From: Escherichia coli
Lineage (GTDB): Bacteria; Pseudomonadota; Gammaproteobacteria; Enterobacterales; Enterobacteriaceae
Direction: 5' to 3' (one strand)
Assembly (NCBI RefSeq): GCF_003334255.1
Contig: NZ_QOWU01000018.1
Length of the DNA stretch: 64,000 nucleotides
The notes under the pieces are model-generated. The model did not search any database and had not been told where the DNA came from. It saw nothing but the letters and a program-made list of their open reading frames with translations. The translations under genes were made by a program, and so were the position numbers. Shown piece by piece: positions 40,855-57,200 of the stretch (its first letter is position 1; each line of letters opens with the position of its first letter).

Positions 40855-41232
40855 ATGAGAAAAGGATGCTTTGGGCTGGTGTCTCTGGTGTTGTTACTGC
40901 TGGTGGGCTGTCGTTCACATCCGGAAATTCCGGTGAATGATGAGCAATCGCTGGTGATGGAGTCATCTTTATTGGCTGCGGGCATCAGTGCAGAAAAGCC
41001 CTTCCTTTCGACGTCTGATATTCAACCTTCAGCATCCTCAACGCTTTATAACGAAAGGCAAGAACCCGTTACCGTTCATTATCGTTTTTACTGGTATGAC
41101 GCCAGAGGGCTGGAGATGCATCCTCTGGAAAGGCCACGCAGCGTTACCATTCCCGCACATTCGGCGGTAACGCTGTACGGCAGCGCCAATTTTCTGGGGG
41201 CGCACAAAGTCAGACTTTATCTATATTTGTAA
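40855..41232 (+). CDS. ycfL: lipoprotein YcfL
   Basis: 125-aa ORF with lipobox LLLLVGC. Confidence 0.9.
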   Translation: MRKGCFGLVSLVLLLLVGCRSHPEIPVNDEQSLVMESSLLAAGISAEKPFLSTSDIQPSASSTLYNERQEPVTVHYRFYWYDARGLEMHPLERPRSVTIPAHSAVTLYGSANFLGAHKVRLYLYL

Positions 41233-41245
41233 GGGGTGAATCTTG

Positions 41246-41867
41246 ATGACAAAAATGAGTCGCTACGCCTTGATTACCGCGCTGGCGATGTTTCTCGCCG
41301 GGTGTGTGGGGCAACGTGAACCTGCACCGGTAGAAGAAGTGAAACCAGCGCCGGAACAACCAGCCGAGCCACAACAGCCTGTCCCCACAGTGCCCTCGGT
41401 GCCGACGATCCCGCAGCAGCCAGGCCCAATTGAGCACGAAGATCAAACTGCACCGCCTGCGCCGCATATTCGCCATTATGACTGGAATGGCGCAATGCAG
41501 CCGATGGTCAGTAAGATGCTTGGGGCTGACGGGGTGACTGCGGGTAGCGTCCTGCTGGTTGATAGCGTTAACAACCGTACTAACGGTTCGCTGAATGCCG
41601 CAGAAGCGACCGAAACGCTGCGAAATGCGCTGGCTAATAACGGGAAATTTACCCTGGTTTCCGCCCAGCAACTGTCGATGGCGAAGCAACAGTTAGGTTT
41701 GTCGCCGCAGGACAGTTTAGGCACCCGTAGTAAAGCCATAGGCATTGCCCGCAATGTCGGCGCTCATTACGTGCTGTACTCCAGCGCCTCTGGCAACGTT
41801 AACGCTCCGACCCTACAAATGCAGCTGATGCTGGTGCAGACGGGCGAAATTATCTGGTCAGGTAAAG

Positions 41868-41887
<20 letters not shown>
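41246..41887 (+). CDS. lpoB: outer-membrane lipoprotein LpoB (activator of PBP1B)
   Basis: ORF-track frame trimmed to the ATG at [20 protein letters not shown] (lipobox); proline-rich linker; 213 aa. Confidence 0.93.
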
Positions 41888-43728
<1,841 letters not shown>

Positions 43729-43750
43729 CCCTGGCTTATGTGAGGAAGCG

Positions 43751-44293
43751 ATGATTATCTATTTACACGGTTTTGACTCTAACAGTCCGGGTAACCACGA
43801 GAAAGTCTTACAATTGCAGTTTATTGACCCGGATGTACGCTTGATAAGCTACAGTACGCGGCATCCGAAACATGATATGCAGCATCTGCTTAAAGAAGTG
43901 GACAAAATGTTGCAACTGAACGTTGACGAGCGTCCGCTAATTTGCGGCGTTGGCTTGGGCGGATACTGGGCGGAACGGATTGGTTTTCTTTGCGACATCC
44001 GCCAGGTGATCTTCAACCCTAATTTGTTCCCTTATGAGAACATGGAAGGCAAGATTGATCGCCCGGAAGAGTATGCCGATATTGCCACTAAGTGTGTGAC
44101 CAACTTCCGTGAGAAGAATCGCGATCGTTGCCTGGTGATTTTGTCGCGTAATGATGAAGCGCTTAACAGCCAGCGGACATCTGAAGAGTTGCATCATTAT
44201 TACGAGATTGTCTGGGACGAAGAGCAGACGCACAAATTCAAGAATATCTCCCCGCATTTACAGCGCATTAAAGCGTTCAAAACCCTCGGGTAA
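43751..44293 (+). CDS. ycfP: UPF0227 alpha/beta-hydrolase-fold protein YcfP
   Basis: ORF-track frame trimmed to [18 protein letters not shown]; 180 aa. Confidence 0.9.
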
Positions 44294-44299
44294 ATGCCC

Positions 44300-44425
44300 T
44301 CGTCGCATCAGGTAACCTTGCCGGTACCTGATGCGCTCCGAATTCTGTGGGTCGGATAAGGCGTCCACGCCGCATCCGACAGTCGAGCATCAATGCCTGA
44401 TGCGCTTCTTATCAGGCCTACCGAA
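44300..44425. repeat. REP/BIME cluster between ycfP and ndh
   Basis: Three palindromic REP units: GCATCAGGTA…TACCTGATGC, GTCGGATAAGGCGTCCACGCCGCATCCGAC, GCCTGATGCGCTTCTTATCAGGCCTAC. Confidence 0.85.
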
Positions 44426-44692
44426 CGCCCTGCATACACCCCTCACTCTATATCACTCTCACAAATTCGCTCAAATAATAAACAATAAACTCTGTTTTTT
44501 GATCTCACCCGGTAAAGTCGCCTATCTTTTCAGCAACAAAACTTGATTAACATCAATTTTGGTATGACCAATGCACCATTCATGTTATTCTCAATAGCGA
44601 AGAACATTTTCATTGCTGTAACCTGTTGTTAATTAAGAGCTATGTTAATAACCATTAATTAACAATTGGTTAATAAATTTAAGGGGGTCACG

Positions 44693-45997
44693 TTGACTAC
44701 GCCATTGAAAAAGATTGTGATTGTCGGCGGCGGTGCTGGTGGGCTGGAAATGGCAACACAGCTGGGGCATAAGCTGGGACGCAAGAAAAAAGCCAAAATT
44801 ACGCTGGTCGATCGTAACCACAGCCACCTGTGGAAACCGCTGCTGCACGAAGTGGCGACTGGCTCGCTTGATGAAGGCGTCGATGCGTTGAGCTATCTGG
44901 CCCATGCGCGCAATCATGGTTTCCAGTTCCAGCTGGGTTCCGTCATTGATATTGATCGTGAAGCGAAAACAATCACTATTGCAGAACTGCGCGACGAGAA
45001 AGGTGAACTGCTGGTTCCGGAACGTAAAATCGCCTATGACACCCTGGTAATGGCGCTGGGTAGCACCTCTAACGATTTCAATACGCCAGGTGTCAAAGAG
45101 AACTGCATTTTCCTCGATAACCCGCACCAGGCGCGTCGCTTCCACCAGGAGATGCTGAATTTGTTCCTGAAATACTCCGCCAACCTGGGCGCGAATGGCA
45201 AAGTGAACATTGCGATTGTCGGCGGCGGCGCGACGGGTGTAGAACTCTCCGCTGAATTGCACAACGCGGTCAAGCAACTGCACAGCTACGGTTACAAAGG
45301 CCTGACCAACGAAGCCCTGAACGTAACGCTGGTAGAAGCGGGAGAACGTATTTTGCCTGCGTTACCGCCACGTATCTCTGCTGCGGCCCACAACGAGCTA
45401 ACGAAACTTGGCGTTCGCGTGCTGACGCAAACCATGGTCACCAGTGCTGATGAAGGCGGCCTGCACACTAAAGATGGCGAATATATTGAGGCTGATCTGA
45501 TGGTATGGGCAGCCGGGATCAAAGCGCCAGACTTCCTGAAAGATATCGGTGGTCTTGAAACTAACCGTATCAACCAGCTGGTGGTGGAACCGACGCTGCA
45601 AACCACCCGCGATCCAGACATTTACGCTATTGGCGACTGCGCGTCATGCCCGCGTCCGGAAGGGGGCTTTGTTCCGCCGCGTGCTCAGGCTGCACACCAG
45701 ATGGCGACTTGCGCAATGAACAACATTCTGGCGCAGATGAACGGTAAGCCGCTGAAAAATTATCAGTATAAAGATCATGGTTCGCTGGTATCGCTGTCGA
45801 ACTTCTCCACCGTCGGTAGCCTGATGGGTAACCTGACGCGCGGCTCAATGATGATTGAAGGACGAATTGCGCGCTTTGTATATATCTCGCTATACCGAAT
45901 GCATCAGATTGCGCTGCATGGTTACTTTAAAACCGGATTAATGATGCTGGTGGGGAGTATTAACCGCGTTATCCGTCCGCGTTTGAAGTTGCATTAA
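44693..45997 (+). CDS. ndh: type II NADH:quinone oxidoreductase (NDH-2)
   Basis: ORF-track frame trimmed to TTG start (M)[18 protein letters not shown] (FAD-binding GxGxxG); 434 aa. Confidence 0.95.
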
Positions 45998-46206
45998 TCG
46001 ACGTACACTGGCGGATGTGGCATAAACGCCTCATCCGCCCTTGAGGAACAGCGCGATCGGCAGCCGCGTTGTATCAGGCATCCTTTCAGACTCCTCCGAA
46101 TCCTTAAGTATTTCCAGCCATTCCCGCGCTTTTCATCTTCTGTCTGATAGCTGCTTTTCTCCTTCGCTTGCATGATTGGCATAACTGCAAAGAAGGAGGT
46201 GTTCCC

Positions 46207-46746
46207 GTGAATAAATCAATGTTGGCGGGTATCGGGATTGGTGTCGCAGCTGCGCTGGGCGTAGCGGCAGTGGCCAGTCTGAACGTGTTTGAACGGGGCC
46301 CGCAATACGCTCAGGTTGTTTCTGCAACCCCAATCAAGGAAACGGTTAAAACACCGCGTCAGGAGTGTCGCAACGTCACAGTGACCCATCGTCGACCGGT
46401 GCAGGATGAAAATCGCATTACCGGGTCGGTGCTCGGCGCTGTTGCTGGCGGCGTGATAGGGCATCAGTTTGGTGGTGGTCGCGGTAAAGATGTCGCCACT
46501 GTTGTGGGGGCGCTGGGTGGTGGATATGCCGGTAACCAGATCCAGGGCTCTCTCCAGGAAAGCGATACTTACACGACTACGCAACAGCGTTGTAAAACGG
46601 TGTATGACAAGTCAGAAAAAATGCTCGGTTATGATGTGACCTATAAGATTGGCGATCAGCAGGGCAAAATCCGCATGGACCGCGATCCGGGTACGCAGAT
46701 CCCGCTAGATAGCAACGGGCAACTGATTTTGAATAACAAAGTATAA
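46207..46746 (+). CDS. ycfJ: glycine-zipper outer-membrane protein YcfJ
   Basis: ORF-track frame trimmed to GTG start (M)NKSMLAGIGIGVAAALG; 179 aa. Confidence 0.88.
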   Translation: MNKSMLAGIGIGVAAALGVAAVASLNVFERGPQYAQVVSATPIKETVKTPRQECRNVTVTHRRPVQDENRITGSVLGAVAGGVIGHQFGGGRGKDVATVVGALGGGYAGNQIQGSLQESDTYTTTQQRCKTVYDKSEKMLGYDVTYKIGDQQGKIRMDRDPGTQIPLDSNGQLILNNKV

Positions 46747-46768
46747 CAAGGCTGTACTCTGCAATTTG

Positions 46769-46802
46769 GCCCCTCATTCGCTCAGGCTGAGGGGCTTTTT
46801 TT
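46769..46802. terminator. intrinsic terminator between convergent ycfJ and comR
   Basis: GCCCCTCATTCGCTCAGGCTGAGGGGC hairpin followed by a T7 run. Confidence 0.8.
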
Positions 46803-46807
46803 GCGAC

Positions 46808-47440
46808 TTATTTCACCAGTTCGGGCCATAAACGCAAAGTCGTTCCGGCAATCTGCATCAATTTTTCCAGCGATGCACCTTCGCGTGCGCTGATCGACAT
46901 CCCCTGAATAATACAATTAAGGAATTCTGCCAGATGTGTCACGTCACAGTGGGGCGGGATTTCCCCGCGCGCTTGTCGTTGACATAAAAACTGCTGCAAA
47001 GTGCGCTCTTGCATCGCATGGCGTGATTTCAACGTATTGGCGATATCTCCTGAATCTGGGGAGAGGGTGGTGCAGTTGTTGATCATGAAGCAGCCTGCCG
47101 GGGTGTCTTTGCTGGTAAAGCAGTTGGCGATGGCAGCAAAATAGTCAGCCAGCGCAGACTCCACGCTTTTCTCTTCACAAAACAGCTGTGCTTCATGCTT
47201 AGCGGCAAAACGATCGATATAGCGGTCGAGAACGGCACGAAATAACCCCTCTTTGTTGGTAAATTCCGCGTATAGCGTGGGCGCTTTGGCTCCGGTCGCT
47301 TCGACGAGGTCCGCAAGAGAAGTCGCTTCATAACCGTGTTGCCAGAACAATTTCATGGCCTTATCAAGCGCGGCATCCCTGTCGAACACTTTTGGGCGGC
47401 CACGGCTTTTTTTTACACATTGTGTTGAGTCAGTTGCCAT
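46808..47440 (-). CDS. comR: TetR-family transcriptional repressor ComR (YcfQ)
   Basis: ORF-track frame trimmed to MATDSTQCVKKSRGRPKVFD; TetR helix-turn-helix; 210 aa. Confidence 0.92.
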   Translation of the reverse strand: MATDSTQCVKKSRGRPKVFDRDAALDKAMKLFWQHGYEATSLADLVEATGAKAPTLYAEFTNKEGLFRAVLDRYIDRFAAKHEAQLFCEEKSVESALADYFAAIANCFTSKDTPAGCFMINNCTTLSPDSGDIANTLKSRHAMQERTLQQFLCQRQARGEIPPHCDVTHLAEFLNCIIQGMSISAREGASLEKLMQIAGTTLRLWPELVK

Positions 47441-47596
47441 GATGCCGTTGTACCTGGTGACTGTGAATGAAAGGTTATTATAAAAATAATCACCTCCGTT
47501 CACCAGTCCAGATCCCATAAAAATAATTGCTTTCTATTTAACTGAAATTTAAAGATTTTTAAATTAATTAATGATTGTTATAAAAAATATCTTGTA

Positions 47597-47612
47597 TGTG
47601 ATCCAGATCACA
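47597..47612. promoter_or_regulatory. perfect 16-bp palindrome in the comR-bhsA intergenic region (candidate ComR operator)
   Basis: TGTGATCCAGATCACA, about 70 bp upstream of the bhsA ATG in an AT-rich promoter region. Confidence 0.45.
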
Positions 47613-47680
47613 TCTATCATTTAGTTATCGATCGTTAAGTAATTGCTTGCGACGTCATTCATCTGCATAAGGCCACTATT

Positions 47681-47938
47681 ATGAAAAACGTAAAAACCCT
47701 CATCGCTGCGGCGATTTTAAGCTCCATGTCATTTGCCAGCTTTGCGGCTGTCGAAGTTCAGTCAACGCCAGAAGGCCAACAAAAAGTCGGTACAATCAGT
47801 GCTAACGCGGGGACAAATCTGGGATCGCTGGAAGAGCAGCTGGCGCAAAAAGCGGATGAGATGGGCGCAAAATCTTTCCGTATTACTTCTGTAACCGGTC
47901 CGAATACCCTCCATGGAACAGCAGTAATTTATAAATAA
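47681..47938 (+). CDS. bhsA: multiple stress resistance outer-membrane protein BhsA (YcfR/ComC)
   Basis: 85-aa ORF with signal peptide, YdgH/BhsA family. Confidence 0.93.
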   Translation: MKNVKTLIAAAILSSMSFASFAAVEVQSTPEGQQKVGTISANAGTNLGSLEEQLAQKADEMGAKSFRITSVTGPNTLHGTAVIYK

Positions 47939-47977
47939 GCATTAACCCTCATTAATGCCTGCTACTGCTGATTTTTT

Positions 47978-48010
47978 CCCCGCGACATGCCGTGTCGCGG
48001 GGATTTTTTT
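47978..48010. terminator. bidirectional intrinsic terminator between bhsA and ldtC
   Basis: CCCCGCGACATGCCGTGTCGCGGGG hairpin flanked by T-runs on both strands. Confidence 0.85.
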
Positions 48011-48019
48011 ATCCGGGCT

Positions 48020-48982
48020 TTACAGCGTTTGTGGGCTCACTTGATGACGGCGGACATCCACCGGCATCCCGGAACGGACATCCATCACATGTTGCATCAC
48101 TTCAGCGTCAGTTTGTGCTGCATCTTTAAATGATTGCATTGCGCTATTCAGCGTAATTGGCAGCAGCTGCGGATCGTCATCAATCTTCTCTGACAGCGGC
48201 TGATGTACTTCAACCAGACGCGCACCGTTTGGTTCGGCAGAGACTTTTATCGGAGTGTTGATGATATTCACTTTGGTGCCTGGGGTGACCTGGCTAAAGA
48301 GTGTTTTGATATCGTCATCCCGCAGACGAATACAGCCAGAACTTACCCGCATGCCAATGCCGAAATCGGCGTTCGTACCATGAAGCAAATAAACGCCGCC
48401 ATAGGCCGCCAGACGAATCGCATGATGGCCCATTGGGTTATCCGGTCCAGCCGGCACTACCGCAGGCAACTCAATTCCCTGTGCTTTATAACGGGCGCGG
48501 ATGTTTGCCGTTGGCGTCCAGGTTGGGTTTGCACGTTTGTCTGAAACGGTGGTCACCATTGTCGGTGTCAGCGTGTCACCACCTAACTGACCAATACCTA
48601 TTGGATACACGGTTACCGAATTTTTACCCGGCGGGTAGTAATAGAGACGCAGCTCCGCAATGTTGATCACAATGCCTTCGCGCGGCGCATCTGGAAGTAG
48701 GGTTTGCAACGGGATCGTTAACACGCTGCCCGCGCGCGGTACGTAAGGATCAACGCCGGGGTTAGCCTGTAACAGAGCGAGAAAGCCGACGTTGTATTTT
48801 TTGGCGATGGCTTCCAGAGAACCACCGTCATTTTCCACCACATGAAATTTGTTTTCGCCAACCAGACGACTGCCCGCTGGCGGCAGCGGCCAGGTGTTGG
48901 CTTTTGCCGGTAGCGCCAGCGCCACGGCAGCGGCGAACGTAAAAAACGTTAGCCAGCGAGAAAAACGCGTTTTGATCATCAC
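48020..48982 (-). CDS. ldtC: L,D-transpeptidase LdtC (YcfS)
   Basis: YkuD-domain ORF; start taken at the second codon of the 321-aa ORF (320 aa); either start is possible. Confidence 0.92.
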   Translation of the reverse strand: MMIKTRFSRWLTFFTFAAAVALALPAKANTWPLPPAGSRLVGENKFHVVENDGGSLEAIAKKYNVGFLALLQANPGVDPYVPRAGSVLTIPLQTLLPDAPREGIVINIAELRLYYYPPGKNSVTVYPIGIGQLGGDTLTPTMVTTVSDKRANPTWTPTANIRARYKAQGIELPAVVPAGPDNPMGHHAIRLAAYGGVYLLHGTNADFGIGMRVSSGCIRLRDDDIKTLFSQVTPGTKVNIINTPIKVSAEPNGARLVEVHQPLSEKIDDDPQLLPITLNSAMQSFKDAAQTDAEVMQHVMDVRSGMPVDVRRHQVSPQTL

Positions 48983-49125
48983 CAAAAATCCATAATAAAT
49001 ATAAGGTTATTGTAATAAACAGATAAGCCTGAATTATGGATGGTGACAGTGTCGGATAGTGCAGGGAAGTGCAAAGAATTTGTAAATGTTGCAGATGGGG
49101 GCGCAGAAACGCCCCCGATTTACCA

Positions 49126-52100
49126 TTAAGCGATCGCGTTCTCTTCCAGTTCACGCATAAACTGGCGTACCCATTCGATACGCGTTTTCCGCTCACTCAA
49201 ATCCTGAATAAATTTCAGGCGCGTCGGACCATCAAGGCGGTAATGCTGCGGCTGTTTTTGCAGCAAACCAATCAACCAGGCCGGATTAACGTGATTCTTC
49301 TCGGCAAATTCGATCACCCCGCCTTTCTCATTACCTTCCAGCTTCCTGATCCCCAGTTTCTGCGCTTGCTGGCGCAGACGGGCAATATCCAGCAGGGTAC
49401 GCGCCGGATCTGGCAGCAGGCCGAAGCGATCGATAAGCTCGACTTTGATCTCTTCCAGTTCGTTTTCCGTTTTGGCGCTGGCAATACGTTTGTAGAACGA
49501 CAGACGCGTGTTCACGTCAGGGATGAAATCATCTGGCAATAGCGACGGCATCCGCAGCTCGACTTCTGTTTGCTGGCTGGTGAGATCTTCCAGCGACGGC
49601 TCGCGTCCGGCTTTCAGTGCATCGACGGCGTTTTCCAGCAACTCCATATACAGCGAGAAACCGATGGTTTCCATTGAGCCGCTTTGTTCTTCGCCAAGCA
49701 GTTCACCCGCGCCGCGAATCTCCAGATCGTGCGTTGCCAGCGCAAAACCTGCCCCGAGATCTTCCAGCGAGGCAATTGCTTCAAGACGTTTTTGTGCATC
49801 GGTAGTCATCGCTTTTGGATGCGGTGTCAGCAACCATGCATATGCCTGATGATGCGAACGTCCGACGCGACCGCGTAACTGGTGCAGCTGCGCCAGACCG
49901 AAGTGATCCGCGCGTTCAATGATAATAGTGTTGGCTGTCGGGATGTCGATCCCGGTTTCGATAATGGTTGTACAAACCAGCACGTTGAAACGTTGATGAT
50001 GGAAATCATTCATCACCCGTTCCAGTTCGCGCTCGCGCATCTGCCCGTGACCGATGGCGATCCGCGCTTCTGGCACCAGTTCTGCCAGCCGTTCGGCGGC
50101 TTTCTGAATGTTTTCCACATCATTGTAGAGATAATAAACCTGTCCTCCGCGCAAAATTTCACGCAGGATCGCCTCCCGGACCACCATGCTGTCATACTCA
50201 CGGACAAAGGTTTTAACTGCCAGACGACGGGCGGGCGGCGTGGCGATAATCGACAGGTCACGCATTCCGCTCATTGCCATATTCAGCGTACGTGGGATCG
50301 GCGTTGCAGTAAGCGTCAGAATATCCACGTTCGCGCGCATCGCTTTAATGCGCTCTTTATGACGCACCCCGAAGCGGTGTTCTTCATCGACAATCAGCAG
50401 GCCTAAATCTTTAAACTTGACGTCACTTTGCAGCAGTTTGTGCGTACCGATCAGAATATCGATTTTCCCTTCCGCCACTTCCGCAAGGATTTGCGTCTGC
50501 TCTTTGGCGCTGCGGAAACGGGAGATCATTTCGATACGTACCGGCCAGTTGGCGAAACGGTCGCGGAAGTTGTCGTAATGCTGCTGCGCGAGAAGGGTGG
50601 TAGGCACCAGCACCGCCACCTGCTTGTGGTTATCTACTGCCAGGAAAGCTGCGCGCATCGCCACTTCTGTTTTACCAAAGCCAACATCGCCGCACACCAG
50701 ACGATCCATTGCCAGCGGCTGACACATGTCGCTAAGTACCGCATTAATGGCCTGCGCCTGATCCGGCGTGGTTTCAAACGGGAAGCTGTCGCAGAACAAC
50801 TGATACTGCTCACGATCGTGTTTAAACGCGAAGCCCTCTTTGGCGGCGCGTTGCGCGTAGATATCCAGCAATTCCGCCGCCACATCACGCACTTTTTCCG
50901 CCGCTTTCTGCCGCGCGCGTGACCACGCATCGCCGCCAAGTTTATGCAGCGGGGCGTTTTCTTCCGCGCCACCTGCGTAACGGCTAATCAGATGCAGTGA
51001 CGACACCGGAACATACAGTTTGGCGTCGTTGGCATAGGTGAGCATCAGATACTCGCCAGTAATGCCACCCGCTTCCAGCGTGGTCATTCCGGCATAACGA
51101 CCGACGCCGTGCTCCAGATGGACCACCGGCTGACCAATATGCAGTTCCGCAAGGTTACGGATCAGTGTATCGGGGTTGATGGTGCGGCGAGAATCCTGAC
51201 GACGACGGGCAACGCGTTCACCGAGCAGATCGCTTTCGCAAATCAGCGCCAGATTACGCACCGTATCGACAAAACCATGTTCGGCAGCGCCAATCATCAG
51301 ATAACGCCCACGGTCGCTGGCTTCATCAAGACGCATAATGCGTTGCGGAGCAATTTTAATTCGTGCGAGCAGTTCACCCAGCGCTTCACGGCGACCTTCA
51401 CTTTCTACCGAGAACACCACCGGACCGTCGAAAGTCTCGAGGAACTTACGCAGCGCATCCAGCGGCGCTTTTTGTTGTGCCTGAACGGCCAGGTCTGGCA
51501 GTTTCTGGAAACCTAAATTGGCATTCGCGGCTTTTGTCGGTAAATGTTCAGTTTTTAGCTGCACCCGGGGCCAGTTTTTCAGCTCTGAGAAGAGCTCGTC
51601 CACCCGCAGCCAGAGCGATTGTGGTGGCAACAGCGGGCGCATCGGATCGACGCCGCGATTCTCAAAACGCGCCAGCGTGTCAGCCTGGAAACGTTCGGCA
51701 CTGGTTTCCAGATCGCCAGTATTCACGAGCAAGGTATTGGCAGGGAAATAACTGAACAGCGGCGGCAGTGGTTCGCTGAAGAACAATGGCTGCCAGTACT
51801 CGATCCCGGCAGGTAATGTGCCTTTACTCACTTGCTGGTAAATATGTTCTGGATCGCGCTTCACTTCGAAGGTATCGCGCCACTGGCTGCGGAACAGTTC
51901 AATTGCCGCTTTATCGGTCGGAAATTCGTGCGCGGGCAGCAGATTGATCGCTTCTACTTCCTCCAGCGTGCGCTGGCTGTCGACGTCAAACACCCGCAGG
52001 CTGTCGATTTCATCATCAAAGAAATCAAGACGATAAGGCAGCTCACTCCCCATCGGGAAGAGATCCAGCAACGCGCCGCGCGTGGCGTATTCGCCGTGCT

Positions 52101-52572
52101 CCATCACCTGGTCAACATGGCGATAACCGGCGCTGTCCAGTTGGGTTCGTAATGCATCTCGTGACAGGCGCTGACCTTTTTTCATCACCAGCGCATGACC
52201 GTGGAGAAAACTGTGTGGGCAAACGCGCTGCATAAGCGTATTCACCGGAACAATCAGTACGCCACGCTGCATCGTCGGTAGCTGGTAAAGGGTGGAAAGG
52301 CGCGAGGAGATAATGTCCTGATGAGGCGAAAAACTGTCGTAGGGAAGAGTTTCCCAGTCCGCCAGATTCATCACCATTTGATCGGTAAACTGGCTGATTT
52401 CATCATGCAAACGCAGAGCATTTTGCATATCTGGTGCAATGAGTACCACCGGACCGGCGTGACGTTCGGCAATTTCCGCTACCAGCGTTGCACAGGCTGC
52501 GCCGGTTAACTCGCCCAGCAGACGCTGCTCACCCGCTTTGACGGGCAGCGTATAACGATATTGTTCAGGCAT
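49126..52572 (-). CDS. mfd: transcription-repair coupling factor Mfd
   Basis: ORF-track frame trimmed to MPEQYRYTLPVKAGEQRLLG; 1148 aa; helicase motifs. Confidence 0.97.
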   Translation of the reverse strand: MPEQYRYTLPVKAGEQRLLGELTGAACATLVAEIAERHAGPVVLIAPDMQNALRLHDEISQFTDQMVMNLADWETLPYDSFSPHQDIISSRLSTLYQLPTMQRGVLIVPVNTLMQRVCPHSFLHGHALVMKKGQRLSRDALRTQLDSAGYRHVDQVMEHGEYATRGALLDLFPMGSELPYRLDFFDDEIDSLRVFDVDSQRTLEEVEAINLLPAHEFPTDKAAIELFRSQWRDTFEVKRDPEHIYQQVSKGTLPAGIEYWQPLFFSEPLPPLFSYFPANTLLVNTGDLETSAERFQADTLARFENRGVDPMRPLLPPQSLWLRVDELFSELKNWPRVQLKTEHLPTKAANANLGFQKLPDLAVQAQQKAPLDALRKFLETFDGPVVFSVESEGRREALGELLARIKIAPQRIMRLDEASDRGRYLMIGAAEHGFVDTVRNLALICESDLLGERVARRRQDSRRTINPDTLIRNLAELHIGQPVVHLEHGVGRYAGMTTLEAGGITGEYLMLTYANDAKLYVPVSSLHLISRYAGGAEENAPLHKLGGDAWSRARQKAAEKVRDVAAELLDIYAQRAAKEGFAFKHDREQYQLFCDSFPFETTPDQAQAINAVLSDMCQPLAMDRLVCGDVGFGKTEVAMRAAFLAVDNHKQVAVLVPTTLLAQQHYDNFRDRFANWPVRIEMISRFRSAKEQTQILAEVAEGKIDILIGTHKLLQSDVKFKDLGLLIVDEEHRFGVRHKERIKAMRANVDILTLTATPIPRTLNMAMSGMRDLSIIATPPARRLAVKTFVREYDSMVVREAILREILRGGQVYYLYNDVENIQKAAERLAELVPEARIAIGHGQMRERELERVMNDFHHQRFNVLVCTTIIETGIDIPTANTIIIERADHFGLAQLHQLRGRVGRSHHQAYAWLLTPHPKAMTTDAQKRLEAIASLEDLGAGFALATHDLEIRGAGELLGEEQSGSMETIGFSLYMELLENAVDALKAGREPSLEDLTSQQTEVELRMPSLLPDDFIPDVNTRLSFYKRIASAKTENELEEIKVELIDRFGLLPDPARTLLDIARLRQQAQKLGIRKLEGNEKGGVIEFAEKNHVNPAWLIGLLQKQPQHYRLDGPTRLKFIQDLSERKTRIEWVRQFMRELEENAIA

Positions 52573-52699
52573 AACGGTTGTCAGATTCTCGTTAGGATAT
52601 GCCTCAACATATGGGGGCATATCTCTGATAAGCAATGCTGTTCATTATCCGTAATCGACATGGTTTAGCAAATTGAATCGCCCCGGCTGGGGCGATGGC

Positions 52700-53773
52700 T
52701 TAGCGGGAGTAACTGACGGCAGCGGGCAGTGAAGGCGGGGAGAACAACAGATCGCTGAATGCACGCTGTGAAAGTTTTCTTACCAGCAAGCCCGCAACAG
52801 TACAGATGAACAAACTGACAAAGGGATAAACCAGCAGGAGTGTCAGTTCGACTTGCGGCGACCAGCGTGCTGCGTTCATTTGCGCAAGCAGAGTTAAGCT
52901 GAATATTTCAACCAGAATGCGATGGGTGGTGTAGATAGCAATGGTGTTGGAGCCAATCACATTCAGCAGGCTGGTGGAGCGCATACCGAATCGTTGCTCG
53001 TATTGATAAAACAGCTTCATGATCACCACAATCGATACCAGCGACAACAGCAGCGAGATAGTAAACAACCAGGCACCGACCGCCAGAACGGTAAGCAAAG
53101 AAGCCATCAGCAGATGGCGGCGCAACGGCACCTCTTTAACACAGGTCATTATTGTTGCGCCAAACCATGCGCCAAGGCTGTAATAAGGCAAATTGCGGAT
53201 CACACTGTTCATTCCCCACCACGGCGTGGGAACGAAATTAACCGCCACACTCAGCAGTACAAACAAGGCGAATAGTGGCAGCGCCAGACGGCTAAAAATT
53301 TTACATACCACGAAATAGACAATTAACGCATACAGATACCACAAGCTGGTGCTGGCGGTGATCATCCCGTGCAGGAACTCACCGGTGGAATCGGCATAAG
53401 CGGCATTGGAGGCATTGCTTAAATCGCGCTCAGGTGCCAGCCACTGGTTCAGCGCACTTAACGCCAGCCACTGCACCACGCCCCAAAGCGCCAGCACCCA
53501 GAAGATGTTCCAGATCCGTTTATCGAGACAATTTCCCCACGGTACGCTGTCGATATAGCGGCGAATCAAATAGCCGGATATAAAGAAAAAAACCGGCATA
53601 CGAAAGGGGGCAAGGTAAAGATTGAAATAGATCCAGCATTTGCTCAGGACTTCCGATAACGGATGCTGAAAAGTGGTCAGATGCGGATAAAAGGTAATGA
53701 CCGAGTGATAAATCACCACCAGACAAATACATAACCCTTTGATCTGGTTAATCCATAGCTCTTTTTGTTTCAT
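52700..53773 (-). CDS. ycfT: acyltransferase-3 family inner-membrane protein YcfT
   Basis: 357-aa polytopic membrane ORF matching YcfT. Confidence 0.9.
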   Translation of the reverse strand: MKQKELWINQIKGLCICLVVIYHSVITFYPHLTTFQHPLSEVLSKCWIYFNLYLAPFRMPVFFFISGYLIRRYIDSVPWGNCLDKRIWNIFWVLALWGVVQWLALSALNQWLAPERDLSNASNAAYADSTGEFLHGMITASTSLWYLYALIVYFVVCKIFSRLALPLFALFVLLSVAVNFVPTPWWGMNSVIRNLPYYSLGAWFGATIMTCVKEVPLRRHLLMASLLTVLAVGAWLFTISLLLSLVSIVVIMKLFYQYEQRFGMRSTSLLNVIGSNTIAIYTTHRILVEIFSLTLLAQMNAARWSPQVELTLLLVYPFVSLFICTVAGLLVRKLSQRAFSDLLFSPPSLPAAVSYSR

Positions 53774-53923
53774 CAGGACAACACGCTCTTTTTTAATTTA
53801 CATGCGGTTGATCCTGCGGGTTATGACCCGAGGTGTAATGGGTATCTGTCTGTATTGGATGATTTTTCAGATTAAGATCAGGCGGCAAGATTGATGATAA
53901 AACATGGCAATTTAGCCGATTGA

Positions 53924-57172
<3,249 letters not shown>

Positions 57173-57200
57173 AGGCAGTACATTAAAACAAGGAGCGGCA

